Positions 8,578 to 18,651 of a stretch of DNA of 64,000 nt are shown one piece after another. The position numbers and the translations under genes were made by a program. The DNA is from an uncultured virus (IMG/VR IMGVR_UViG_3300031993_000050) (taxonomy: Duplodnaviria > Heunggongvirae > Uroviricota > Caudoviricetes), in IMG/VR virus record IMGVR_UViG_3300031993_000050. One strand, given 5' to 3'. A model generated the notes under the pieces. It worked only from the letters and a program-made list of their open reading frames with translations. It did not search any database and had not been told where the DNA came from. Position 1 is the stretch's first letter, and each line of letters opens with the position of its first letter.

Positions 8578-9062
8578 TAAACACCTCGGACGTGGTCAAT
8601 TACAATAATATCACCCACCTGCAATCTGTCTGCTAAGCGAATGTGATTATCACTTACGAATACTACATCAGAACCTTTCATCTGTAGTACACCGTTTTTA
8701 TAAATCTTTAGAGCGTTCGTGTTGAAGAGTTCTTCATCTATATCGAACTTTTCAGTATCCCCACCATAAACACATTCACCATTAGGTTGCCCATTCAAGG
8801 TAAGTGTTGGTGCTTGGTCAATGAACAATACAACACCGCCCGCTGTTGTGTTGGTTGTAACAGAAAAGTACATTTCGGCAATAAGATCAACCGTGTTTAC
8901 ATCTTCAACAATACTGTTCTTACCGCTGATCACGCTTTTCCATTTGGCCAAAGCTTCGGCATCATATTCACCAACTACCCATTGAAAAACTTGGGTATGT
9001 GTTTTCTCGTCTCTGTAGGTATTCAACCGTATAGGGTACGATAATTCTTCTGTATCTGCCAT
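8577..9062 (-). CDS. putative baseplate/tail protein
   Basis: 161 aa; YKNGVLQ small beta-domain shared with the 761-aa fibre; translationally coupled to neighbours. Confidence 0.5.
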   Translation of the reverse strand: MADTEELSYPIRLNTYRDEKTHTQVFQWVVGEYDAEALAKWKSVISGKNSIVEDVNTVDLIAEMYFSVTTNTTAGGVVLFIDQAPTLTLNGQPNGECVYGGDTEKFDIDEELFNTNALKIYKNGVLQMKGSDVVFVSDNHIRLADRLQVGDIIVIDHVRGV

Positions 9063-9063
9063 G

Positions 9064-9891
9064 TTAACTCCTCAACTTAAAAGCAACTGAACAATCAATT
9101 GTTTCACCTGCTTCACTCTGAACAATTACTTTCACAAAGAAAGCGTCTGCTGCAAATGGTGCAGCTTCAATTGTGATGCCTGTAAGAGCATAAATACGCT
9201 CTTCTGGTAAATAGTCTTCTGGTTGATTTTGTATTAAGTTACGAACGGCATCTGAAATCGTAGCTTGCATAACGATACGTAAATCGTCTGTAATTACTTT
9301 ACCAACCATGTAGTTTAGTTCTGACCCGAAACTATAATCGGATACACAAGAACGGATCGGTTGTAACAAGGCTTTGACAACACGTTGTTTGATCTTGTCA
9401 CGTCCGGTCACGTAAGCAAAACTACCTGTATCTAAAACAGCCAAATCTACTACAAAGTTTTTACCTCCACAGCGAGGACAATTCTTTGAATCGCAGTAGA
9501 AGTCAACTAAATAAATATTTTGTGGTACCAGGTCCGGGTTAGGATCCACGGTACGATATTCACCTGGAAGTACATCGAACTTGATTGTACGAGGTGAAAT
9601 AAAAGCAAACCCTCCAATGCCTATTTTTGCATTGGCCCCGGAAATCGGTGTATCCCATCTCTGTGCACCGCTTCCATTATAAAAGATGTGTGATTGTGCG
9701 TATTCAAAACTCTTTAGTGATTTCAAATACTTTTGCTCATCTTCCCAAGATCTAATAAAAATAGCTCCACGTGACTGAATAGGCTCCACAGGAAATGTGG
9801 CAGTATATTCACCACGTTGTTTTCCATCTATTTTTAATTGGTAGTTCTGTATGCGATGGTCACACAGAGTCACCATTAGTATGTCTTGCAT
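9064..9891 (-). CDS. baseplate wedge protein, gp25/GpW-like C-terminal domain
   Basis: VTGRDKIKQRVVKALL...YSFGSEL pattern; CPRCGG Zn-finger-like motif; adjacent to baseplate J. Confidence 0.65.
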   Translation of the reverse strand: MQDILMVTLCDHRIQNYQLKIDGKQRGEYTATFPVEPIQSRGAIFIRSWEDEQKYLKSLKSFEYAQSHIFYNGSGAQRWDTPISGANAKIGIGGFAFISPRTIKFDVLPGEYRTVDPNPDLVPQNIYLVDFYCDSKNCPRCGGKNFVVDLAVLDTGSFAYVTGRDKIKQRVVKALLQPIRSCVSDYSFGSELNYMVGKVITDDLRIVMQATISDAVRNLIQNQPEDYLPEERIYALTGITIEAAPFAADAFFVKVIVQSEAGETIDCSVAFKLRS

Positions 9892-11300
9892 TAGCCAAGT
9901 ATAATGTCTTCAGCTGAAATACGGATATATTCCAACGGAGACGATTCAATATCTTCTACTCCTTCGGCATTCTTCAAGCTAAAACGTCTCATCGGGAATT
10001 TGACATAGTCAACCCCTTCGGTGTTCTCAACGAGCCCGATAATATCTGACTGACGTAATGTTTGATTTAGTTTGAAGTCATTTACGAAGGTTTCGATTGC
10101 GTATTTAACGCTGTTACGGACTGACAAGGAGTCATATCCGGGTAGTGTTACAATATCAAAATCCATTGCTGCATCTAGTTGATGTGTTGTACGAATTAGT
10201 ACATCTGCTGTTACGATTCTGTTTTCTTCTGAGTCGAATGTTTCTTGAACGTCGTTTACAAGTTTATTATATGTGTAATCAATCGTGTATTTATTTAGGT
10301 CACGAATATTCTCATCGAAGAAGTCTTTGTCCCACACAAGTTTGTCTTTAGAACGAGTGGAAGACGTATAAATGGAAGTTTTGTCTAAATATACATTAAA
10401 TACAGAACCGTTTGAAAAGGAACGACCGTCCGGTAATGTAACAACAACGTCGTGATCAATGTTTACAGGACTCTTTGTAAAATAAACTGTATATGCACCG
10501 TATGTTGGCGTAACCTCTTGTGTAAAAGGTGCGTCAATACTGCCTAAAAGATAGATGTCGATTGTACCTGGACCACGAACAGAAAACTCGTTATCTGGAT
10601 CAACGACAACCGCATCTTTCACGTTAGGGTCTTCGTATACTTTTGCCAAGTAAGAAGCTACGGTACCAAAAACTGTACCACGTAAGCGAAGTCTAATACG
10701 TTCAATAAGTTCTTCTGTTGTCTCCTCTTCAGTACCATTTGTAATGGCTGTTGGGTTATAAACAACAGAAACGCCGCTCACAGAGCCTTTAATTTGGTTA
10801 ATTGCTCCAGCAGCGACGTTGCTTCCTATACCTTCAGCTTGTGCCTGAACGGTTACAGTACATTCATAATAATTTGTAGAAGGATTTAATGTAGTAGTTG
10901 AAGTAATATATCCAGGGGTTACAGTTACATAGGTCTTTATACCTGTTGATTCACCACTTGTTGTTACTGTAGTACCAACTGGGATTGTAAACACCTGACC
11001 ACTTTCTGGACGCTCGGCTGCACCAAAACGAACTACGCCTGTTGCACGCGTAGCTGCAAGACGATAAATGCCGTAAGAAGACCCTAATTTGTCTGCTTCA
11101 TCGCTACTGAAGGCTGTTGCATCCAACAAGTATAAGCGGCGAATACGGTCTTGTTCCGTATATAAAGCTGCTAACTCATCTGAAAAAGCGTCTACGCCAA
11201 TGTCAGTAGTAACGTTACCAGATACCAAATCGATTTTAGGATTATCGTATGCTATTCTGGTTTTTAAGTCTTCTCTAATTTGTTCAGCTGTTTTTTCCAT
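9891..11300 (-). CDS. baseplate J / Mu gp47-like wedge protein
   Basis: YGIYRLAATRATG, IPVGTTV, G.GSNVAAGAI, NGTEEETTEELIERI, RGPGTIDIY motifs. Confidence 0.9.
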   Translation of the reverse strand: MEKTAEQIREDLKTRIAYDNPKIDLVSGNVTTDIGVDAFSDELAALYTEQDRIRRLYLLDATAFSSDEADKLGSSYGIYRLAATRATGVVRFGAAERPESGQVFTIPVGTTVTTSGESTGIKTYVTVTPGYITSTTTLNPSTNYYECTVTVQAQAEGIGSNVAAGAINQIKGSVSGVSVVYNPTAITNGTEEETTEELIERIRLRLRGTVFGTVASYLAKVYEDPNVKDAVVVDPDNEFSVRGPGTIDIYLLGSIDAPFTQEVTPTYGAYTVYFTKSPVNIDHDVVVTLPDGRSFSNGSVFNVYLDKTSIYTSSTRSKDKLVWDKDFFDENIRDLNKYTIDYTYNKLVNDVQETFDSEENRIVTADVLIRTTHQLDAAMDFDIVTLPGYDSLSVRNSVKYAIETFVNDFKLNQTLRQSDIIGLVENTEGVDYVKFPMRRFSLKNAEGVEDIESSPLEYIRISAEDIILG

Positions 11301-11309
11301 TTACAACCT

Positions 11310-11843
11310 CTAGATAATTATCGAAATGATTTCATTGATACTTTTGTTTACAGTATCCATTTCGTTTTGTATAGCTGCCTCGAGTGCTGCTTTCTTTTCC
11401 TCTACTACTTTTTCTGCATCCGGTATGACCTTCTCAATTTGATTGTTTAGATTAGATACATCTTTTCCGGATTCTATTACACCGTAAGCATTGTTTAATA
11501 CCGTCATTGGTGTAATTGGTGTTGGTAACGGTCCACCGTCACCCATAAAACTTCCTGGTTCTTGAATTACTTTTAAGTATGCATCAACATCTGTATTAAG
11601 AACAACGTGGTAAGAAATCGCACGATCTTGTTCGTATTTCAATGTTGCTTCTGCGTTCTCCAGGTCTTTCTCAGCTTGTTCACGTGCTGCCTTAGCATCA
11701 GATACATTCTGTACTAGTTGTGGACCATCTTTGTATCTGTTATATAAGTACGGAACAGCTGTTATTGCTTTTACAAAGTCCAGTGAGGACATGTTGTAAT
11801 AAAATCGTACCCCTCTGTTTTCGTATAGGTTCTTTAAGTTCAT
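11310..11843 (-). CDS. hypothetical baseplate-region coiled-coil protein
   Basis: 177 aa ORF with ATGA overlap to the upstream spike gene. Confidence 0.55.
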   Translation of the reverse strand: MNLKNLYENRGVRFYYNMSSLDFVKAITAVPYLYNRYKDGPQLVQNVSDAKAAREQAEKDLENAEATLKYEQDRAISYHVVLNTDVDAYLKVIQEPGSFMGDGGPLPTPITPMTVLNNAYGVIESGKDVSNLNNQIEKVIPDAEKVVEEKKAALEAAIQNEMDTVNKSINEIISIII

Positions 11844-13348
11844 AGTGCTTTAAGCTCCCCATACGAAATTACTGCTTCCCCTGCTGCTTCTGCGTCTCCC
11901 ATTACTTCACGTGCCATCTCCTTCGTAAAAGACTCAACTGAGTCATCAGATGAGAAGTTGCGTGGTAGTATATCGCAGCGTTGCAAATAATTTAAGTTTC
12001 CGTATACGTCTGGCGTAACTACACCATATTTACGTTCATCTGCATCGTAGTAAAATAATGGGTACGTATCATCAATGTAAAAGAACGTTACAGGACCTAC
12101 ACTATAGTATGCTTCTTCCGGTTGAACGGTTGTTACGCGTGCTGTCTTACTTACTCCGGCTGAAAGTTCAACACCGCTCACTCCGGTTGAAATATGCCCA
12201 TGTAATCTGTCTCCAACCTCTACTGAGGTTCCACCAAGACGCACAGACCCGTCGGCGAACAGTCCTAAATAAGAACTGTTCCCGTTGGCACGCATAACTA
12301 AATTCCGTGCATCCATAAACAGATCCCCCAGATCATTACCTGCAATGCGTATGTCGTTTACTCGGTATGTATAGTTAATATGCACCTTTGAGTTTGCGCC
12401 TATATATCCAACAATATTTGGAGTAATTTCAACATAAGCAAAACTATGGTTAATATCCAGGGTGCAGGGATTCGTGGTGGCACCATAGTCTCCTAGCTCC
12501 TTAGATAAATATGTATAGTTCTTAAACAGCTTTACACCCGAGCTAAAAGACGCTGACGTCTTATAACTCTTGCTTTGCGTATCGAACTCCAAAATATTAA
12601 AACTGTCAACGCTTACGACTTCTTGTCCATCGGCTACAGGCAGTGAAAACTGCGTTTGCCCTTGTGTAGCATCAACAGTAATAGACGCTTGTATGCATCG
12701 TCCGGTTTTTAGGTCGAACACAGAATATGAACATCCTGCATCTGGGCCAACTGTCTCTTCCGGGCTTCCAATTGTCAAATCGACTAATGTATTTGTACGG
12801 TCTGCAACAGGTCTTTCGTATACAGGTTCTGTATTTCTAACATTATCCTCTGATAAAACTGTTGACCGTGTTGTTCCATCCACTGCTACTACATGAATGG
12901 TACCGTCGTTCTTAAAATGTGTGTAAGACTGTGACTTACCTTTTACTACAATCTCACCTGACTTAATCGGTGCTACATACCCAAGTTGACCAAATCCATT
13001 TGAATCTGCGGTTGTAGCTGCTAAAAACTGGTCTTTAGCTAAAAAACCGATAATAACAGGAGGGCCATCTTGCTGGTGTACACAAACAGCAATGTCATTT
13101 ACACACGGGAGAGCATATATTCCACACCCATAAACGGTTGAAAAAAACGGTTTAATTACATCAATGCTACCGTTTACAGGGTCCAACGTATCTAGCCAAA
13201 CTAAGTCTACTTTGCCGTATTTGTCGCTCTCTTCGAGTGTGGAGGCATCATATACTTTTGTGACTTTAGCGTACCGGATATATTTTGTTATGTCTTGCTG
13301 CCCGGTTACGTCTCTGTTCTCGTCTACGGCTAGAATTTGCTCTTCCAT
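11840..13348 (-). CDS. baseplate central spike (gp5/GpV-like, OB-fold N-terminus)
   Basis: Likely start ATG 13348 (SD GAGAGG); AKVTKV...GKVDL...GIYALPCVNDIAV...PVIIGFL OB-fold pattern; follows the hub gene. Confidence 0.65.
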   Translation of the reverse strand: MEEQILAVDENRDVTGQQDITKYIRYAKVTKVYDASTLEESDKYGKVDLVWLDTLDPVNGSIDVIKPFFSTVYGCGIYALPCVNDIAVCVHQQDGPPVIIGFLAKDQFLAATTADSNGFGQLGYVAPIKSGEIVVKGKSQSYTHFKNDGTIHVVAVDGTTRSTVLSEDNVRNTEPVYERPVADRTNTLVDLTIGSPEETVGPDAGCSYSVFDLKTGRCIQASITVDATQGQTQFSLPVADGQEVVSVDSFNILEFDTQSKSYKTSASFSSGVKLFKNYTYLSKELGDYGATTNPCTLDINHSFAYVEITPNIVGYIGANSKVHINYTYRVNDIRIAGNDLGDLFMDARNLVMRANGNSSYLGLFADGSVRLGGTSVEVGDRLHGHISTGVSGVELSAGVSKTARVTTVQPEEAYYSVGPVTFFYIDDTYPLFYYDADERKYGVVTPDVYGNLNYLQRCDILPRNFSSDDSVESFTKEMAREVMGDAEAAGEAVISYGELKAL

Positions 13349-13362
13349 TAAGCAATACCTCT

Positions 13363-13384
13363 CTATATACAACCTAAGTGTTCA
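13363..13384 (-). promoter_or_regulatory. phage-specific promoter-like motif, copy 2
   Basis: TGAACACTTAGGTTGTATATAG; overlaps the last codons and stop of the hub gene. Confidence 0.8.
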
Positions 13385-16300
13385 TTAGTTGCTCTTTAGC
13401 AGGCTCAACTAAACCAGGAACAGCAAGGTCTGTAAATACGTAGCTTTTGTGGTCAAATACGTCTGGAAGCTTATTAGGATCGGTAATTCTTGGAATGTCA
13501 ATATAGAAGAGGTTAAAAGCGTTCTTTTCCTCATCAGACAGTGCACCAGCACCACCCTTTTTATACAATCCGGAGGATTCTAATAATTTACTAATAGGTT
13601 GATTAAGTTTAGATGTTAATGAGGCAGACGTAACAAAACCGGTAACATCTTTGTTTGCAAATAGCCATCCGTAGTTGTATACCAACTCTTCAAATGAAAT
13701 ACCGGAAACGTTGTCCCACAACATACCGTTGTAGCAGCAAATAGCTGCATTCTTTGTACACAGATCAGCACTACCTGAAAACATGTGCTTATACTGTGCA
13801 TATACAGTTGGAGCAATCTCGTTTTCCTTTAAGAATTTATTTTTAATAGCAGTTAAAAGTCTCTCGTTTTCTGTAATACGAACATTACCAGTAAAGATGT
13901 TCTTATATTTAGTACTATCGCCTTTAGAAGAGCCGACATAGGATTTAAGAGAAACAACTGGCTTTTTACCGTAGGTCGCGCCCATTGAATATGTACAAGT
14001 ATCTCCAGCACGATAGTTTATACTTAAACTCTCACAGAAGTAAATAATCTCATCGTGTTGGACATAGTATGGTCTGTTAACATCCATACGAGAATCATAC
14101 ATGCCACGGATAACAGCTGAACGATACCGTTTATTTTGACGGTCCATCCATGACAACCCGTAAAGCAATAATGAATCTGCGTTTTCAATACCGATAACTG
14201 AACGATTTCTACCAGCTCTTACCCCGAATTTCTTAATTAAAACTGGATTGAGTACGATAGTTTGCAATAGGTTTAACGGTCCACCAATTACCCAGCTTCC
14301 TGATAAACGAATCCAGTTTACAATACGGGTCTCATCCGACGTCTTTGTGTATGATGTCATATACTTACGCTTTAGAATAAGTGGGTTTGTATCAGCATCT
14401 AGTGTTGTTGATGGACGCTGTAACAACATTGCACCAGTGTCTATTTTACTGTCTGCATAATCACGTGTGTTCAACGTTGTAAGGTCAAAGTTATATGGAG
14501 CAAAACGAACAATACCGTTGTTATTTGTGTAGCAAAGGAAGTTTAGTTTGTCTGCAATATCATTTACAATTTCTAAATTTGTTTTCCAGTTACTAAATTG
14601 AATTGAAAGACCTAGACCTTGCAAAACGAACGAAGGTTGAGATGTACCATCAATGACAGCAGCAATCTCACGGTCCTCAATTGAAGAATTAGAAGTCAGG
14701 GTACCTTTGCTACGCTGTTTCATAATTAAGTAGGTACCACGATCACCTTTCTTCAAAATATCAATTATATTTTTTGTACCTTTTGATTCTGATAACTTAG
14801 GTCCGGTTACTGGGTCAGCAATCGATGCTAAAGCTGTCTTTACGTAATCGTTTGTTAATTTAGTTTGTTCTGCGTCCATGAAATCAGCTTCTGTTTGCGG
14901 ATACTTACTTGCTGACTTATACCACAAATAGTTGAATAACGGATCACAGAAGTTTACTTTACGCCAATATGTACCTAGTGCAGCTTTTTTATTTCTAGTA
15001 ACTGTTTCAACTGAAGCAGCAGGAGACTCTTTTGTGGTAGATACCAACTCCTTTGATTCCTTGCTAGAAACCTCTTGTGTTTTTATCTCATTAGACCCTG
15101 TTTGTTTATTCTGGGAGTCAGTAACAGAGATGGAGGTTGCTTCTGTTTTGGTAGTTACAGATTGCGTTTCAACCGTCTTTGCTTCATTAACATACTGTTT
15201 TACATACTCATATACTGGAGTAGGGTCAACTGTAAAAAGTTTAGCTTTTCCGTCATTCTCCAACTGCCTTGGTTGACACTCAATATATGTTAATGCTTGT
15301 GCAAACATGAACGGAAGAAATTGATCAATTGAACTGAACATTTTTTCCGGAACACAAAAAGCAGTAAGCGGGTTGTTCTCAGACTCTTGTCTGGACATTG
15401 ATGGTTTAACGTTCGTTCTGCTCAGTTGCAAATACTTTAAGTTGCAGTCTGCATACAAGGTAATTTCATGGAATCCACCAACATCACCAGCCTGTACTTG
15501 TGAAACGAAACCAGAGAACACTGGACGTACCTTACCTTCAAAATCAGGTAAAAAAATAGTAATCTGGTCCATAGGTTCAATACATACAAGTGCTCTGTTC
15601 GTTGGATCAGAATCTTTGTCACGATTAAAGTTGTATTTCTCTTTATCGTTTTTAAGTTTAACAGTAGCAGTACTAATTCCTTGAATAACACGATTTATGT
15701 TAATTGAGCTAACATCTTTGTTGTTGCATTTTACAACAGCCTCTGTAAGAACATTCATTACGTCTTGGTTACGCTTGGTCTGGTCAACTACATCAACAAT
15801 TGCATCACTTACAGGATTGTTACTTTTTTCTGTAGAATATGCAGCAAAGTCTGTTTTTTCAGGTGCTGCATTCCACATCGGTGCTTTAACAGATGGGTAA
15901 CCTGTGGAAATGGATGTTATGAAAAAACCTCCTAATGAACTGAACAAGGCTTGTTCCATTTTTTGACAAAAATCTACGGCAACAGACTTATTATCATCTT
16001 CGGATGATTCACTACCTAGCTTGTAACCTTGTTTTGTTAGCGTCTTACGATACCTTGAGTTGAAATCCTTAACTGTCATTGATTTCATCTTTTCAAGGGT
16101 TGCAGTACCGATTGTATTTACATCTGTCTCACCTTTACCAAAAACAGTACAGTAATCCTTGTATGCTAAACACCTGTCTAGTGATGACCGAGTAGGAATT
16201 TGAATTACATTATCATTTATAAAATCGTAATACTTAACTATTTTCTCTCCAATCAAATTCAACAGAATAGCATAATAACGTACACGGAAATCCAACTCAG

Positions 16301-17786
16301 ACATCTCTACCGTTGACTTTGTTGTTACGTAGTTTCTTGTTAAACATCGGTCTAGCAATGCATCACGATTACGTTTTCTGATTTCCCAAAAATCTAAATC
16401 ATATGCAAAGAAAGGAACTCCGCCCTGATATAAATCAGCCCGCTGCTTATCAGAAATCATCCTACTACCTTCAATAACAGTTCCGCCGTAGGAAAATAAG
16501 TATGAATCTAGTTCTATGACAGCCAATCTTGACTGTGGACATGGGTCCCAAGAAACAAACGTAGCAACAGTATCATAAAACTGAGCAGCTCCTTTCTTTA
16601 TTCTGCTTGCAAGATCTGTACCGTTTTCAAGTTCACCAGTAACTTTTATTGCTCCACCTTTATAAACTACTGTTGTATCAAGCCAGTTTCTAAGCTTGCG
16701 TGCTGCCTTCAGCTTCTCACTCTGTTCCTTTGTGTTAATGAACTTAGAGTACAGACCAGTTAATGTGGAACGAAAGTTTTTTATTTCTTTATTGTAATGT
16801 TTATTTTTAAGAATACAGTCAATCAATTCTGCTAGACGCTTATCAAATCTAGATGTGGAATATGTCATGTAAAGGTCACGCATTTCTTGTTCGCCAATTA
16901 CAAAAGGCTCAACGTTATGTGGAACATCAAAACGCCACTTGTAAGCCATTATGGTGTTAAGTGGTAGTTTACCAAACGCATTAAGCATGAACTCTTTAGT
17001 TATTTGTTGTACGCACCCTTTTCCGTTACCTTTTTCGTCAACTTTCCAGAACTCAACCATTTTAGGTTTACCAATATAGACAGGTACATTATTATCAATA
17101 AATAATGCCTGGTTTTTTATTAGACGTTCTGTAGTTGTAGAACGAATATAGTCTTCGTCGGTACCATCAGGATTTAACTCATCATGGTCAGTTTTATCAA
17201 ATACGTACACAACTACATGTTTATCTAAAATTTCCTCAAGAGGTGCTACTGTTGCGGTCTCAAGCTGACCATATGACGGACTTTTTACGTTAGCTGGTTT
17301 TAATCTGAAAACCTCTAGCTTTGGATCTTTTCCTAACAACTGATTGCTATTTTCAAAGTATTGTGCATGCAAATAGCACATAGGACTGCTACTGATAACT
17401 AAGTTTTGGTCAAAACGAATAACTAACGGTTTTATCTCAGCTGCAGTTTTACTATACTCATTCCACAAACGAAGTTTCTCTTCATCAATACCACTCGCTT
17501 TCCAGTTATAGTGAGGATACTTCTCTTTTAATGCGGCAAGTTTATTTTCATCATACACCTGGTAGAGAATTGCGACAGCACGAATAGCCAGACCACCTGT
17601 TTGGTCTGGTTTACTGAAACGACCCATGTAGCATGGCGGTACATAGTTACGAAGCGTTCTTGTCAAAATGTCTGACATGTCAGCAGTTGATAAGAAAGGC
17701 TTACGAATTGTTACCGCAGCAGGACGCTTTAAGAACGAATTATTACGCTCTTTGAAATCGTACTCGTCTTGGTGTAATGAACTCAT
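13374..17786 (-). CDS. baseplate hub (gp27/VgrG-like) with long N-terminal extension
   Basis: 1470 aa; C-terminal half has SININR...ATVKLKN, IEPMDQITIF...VFSGFVSQV, LEIVNDIA...YTNNNGIVRF, KKFGVR hub-like patterns; position after tape measure. Confidence 0.65.
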   Translation of the reverse strand: MSSLHQDEYDFKERNNSFLKRPAAVTIRKPFLSTADMSDILTRTLRNYVPPCYMGRFSKPDQTGGLAIRAVAILYQVYDENKLAALKEKYPHYNWKASGIDEEKLRLWNEYSKTAAEIKPLVIRFDQNLVISSSPMCYLHAQYFENSNQLLGKDPKLEVFRLKPANVKSPSYGQLETATVAPLEEILDKHVVVYVFDKTDHDELNPDGTDEDYIRSTTTERLIKNQALFIDNNVPVYIGKPKMVEFWKVDEKGNGKGCVQQITKEFMLNAFGKLPLNTIMAYKWRFDVPHNVEPFVIGEQEMRDLYMTYSTSRFDKRLAELIDCILKNKHYNKEIKNFRSTLTGLYSKFINTKEQSEKLKAARKLRNWLDTTVVYKGGAIKVTGELENGTDLASRIKKGAAQFYDTVATFVSWDPCPQSRLAVIELDSYLFSYGGTVIEGSRMISDKQRADLYQGGVPFFAYDLDFWEIRKRNRDALLDRCLTRNYVTTKSTVEMSELDFRVRYYAILLNLIGEKIVKYYDFINDNVIQIPTRSSLDRCLAYKDYCTVFGKGETDVNTIGTATLEKMKSMTVKDFNSRYRKTLTKQGYKLGSESSEDDNKSVAVDFCQKMEQALFSSLGGFFITSISTGYPSVKAPMWNAAPEKTDFAAYSTEKSNNPVSDAIVDVVDQTKRNQDVMNVLTEAVVKCNNKDVSSININRVIQGISTATVKLKNDKEKYNFNRDKDSDPTNRALVCIEPMDQITIFLPDFEGKVRPVFSGFVSQVQAGDVGGFHEITLYADCNLKYLQLSRTNVKPSMSRQESENNPLTAFCVPEKMFSSIDQFLPFMFAQALTYIECQPRQLENDGKAKLFTVDPTPVYEYVKQYVNEAKTVETQSVTTKTEATSISVTDSQNKQTGSNEIKTQEVSSKESKELVSTTKESPAASVETVTRNKKAALGTYWRKVNFCDPLFNYLWYKSASKYPQTEADFMDAEQTKLTNDYVKTALASIADPVTGPKLSESKGTKNIIDILKKGDRGTYLIMKQRSKGTLTSNSSIEDREIAAVIDGTSQPSFVLQGLGLSIQFSNWKTNLEIVNDIADKLNFLCYTNNNGIVRFAPYNFDLTTLNTRDYADSKIDTGAMLLQRPSTTLDADTNPLILKRKYMTSYTKTSDETRIVNWIRLSGSWVIGGPLNLLQTIVLNPVLIKKFGVRAGRNRSVIGIENADSLLLYGLSWMDRQNKRYRSAVIRGMYDSRMDVNRPYYVQHDEIIYFCESLSINYRAGDTCTYSMGATYGKKPVVSLKSYVGSSKGDSTKYKNIFTGNVRITENERLLTAIKNKFLKENEIAPTVYAQYKHMFSGSADLCTKNAAICCYNGMLWDNVSGISFEELVYNYGWLFANKDVTGFVTSASLTSKLNQPISKLLESSGLYKKGGAGALSDEEKNAFNLFYIDIPRITDPNKLPDVFDHKSYVFTDLAVPGLVEPAKEQLMNT

Positions 17787-17793
17787 AAATCCT

Positions 17794-18651
17794 CTAGAAT
17801 ATGCTTGATACTGTCTTGAAAATATCTTTTAGAAGAGACCCGAGAGTTGTAACTGTGCTGGTAAGACCCCAAGCACCGGAAACTATACGTCCTGCACCTG
17901 TTGTTACTAACATTGTCTCAATCCAGTCATAGGTTGTACCAGTTACTAAAAATTCAAATGTTACACGGTTTACAAAGGGTTCAGAACCATCTTCTTTCCA
18001 TTGCATCTTTGTGAAAAAACCAGTATAAATACACCCTTTGTAATAAATAAATGTGTCTGTAAAAGTATTTAAGTAACCTGAAAGTGTGGCCTGACCAGGC
18101 TCCGTATATACGTTATCATCAACTAGCTTTTGATACGCTGCATCTTTACCGCTTCCACTCTTAGATATTAAAGAAGCAATACCACTAACAGCAGTTGCAA
18201 CAGTTGTAGCACCACCGCTGAGTACTCCCATTGTAATACCACCAGCTATTTTACCAGCCTGACCTAGCAAATCTCCTGTACGGTATGCAATCTTACGTTG
18301 GTCTACATCGAAAAGCGTTTGTAATGTAAAGAGTTCTGGGCTAAATGTTTTGTCTTCGAGATCAAATCCTGTGGTCTTTGTATTAACACCAAATACTTGT
18401 GCGATGGAACCCTCTTTCTTAATAAGAACTTCACCACGCATGATGGTAGGTTTCTTACCCCAGTGTTCATACACATAACCGCCAATGGTTTTTGTCTGCC
18501 TGTACTCTTTCTCCATACTGAAAGTGAGGTTGTTTGGGTTCTGGGTAAACCTAAACATAAGAGGTATCGCCAAGTTTCCAATGATAACTTGGTGTTTATG
18601 ATATGCGTCGAAAGCTCCAACGCTTCCACTTGTACTATCGTATAATGCCAT
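17794..18651 (-). CDS. tail tube initiator / baseplate protein
   Basis: F.QNPNNL...KTIGGYVYEHWG and Y.GFF...F.FEF patterns; directly after tape measure. Confidence 0.65.
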   Translation of the reverse strand: MALYDSTSGSVGAFDAYHKHQVIIGNLAIPLMFRFTQNPNNLTFSMEKEYRQTKTIGGYVYEHWGKKPTIMRGEVLIKKEGSIAQVFGVNTKTTGFDLEDKTFSPELFTLQTLFDVDQRKIAYRTGDLLGQAGKIAGGITMGVLSGGATTVATAVSGIASLISKSGSGKDAAYQKLVDDNVYTEPGQATLSGYLNTFTDTFIYYKGCIYTGFFTKMQWKEDGSEPFVNRVTFEFLVTGTTYDWIETMLVTTGAGRIVSGAWGLTSTVTTLGSLLKDIFKTVSSIF

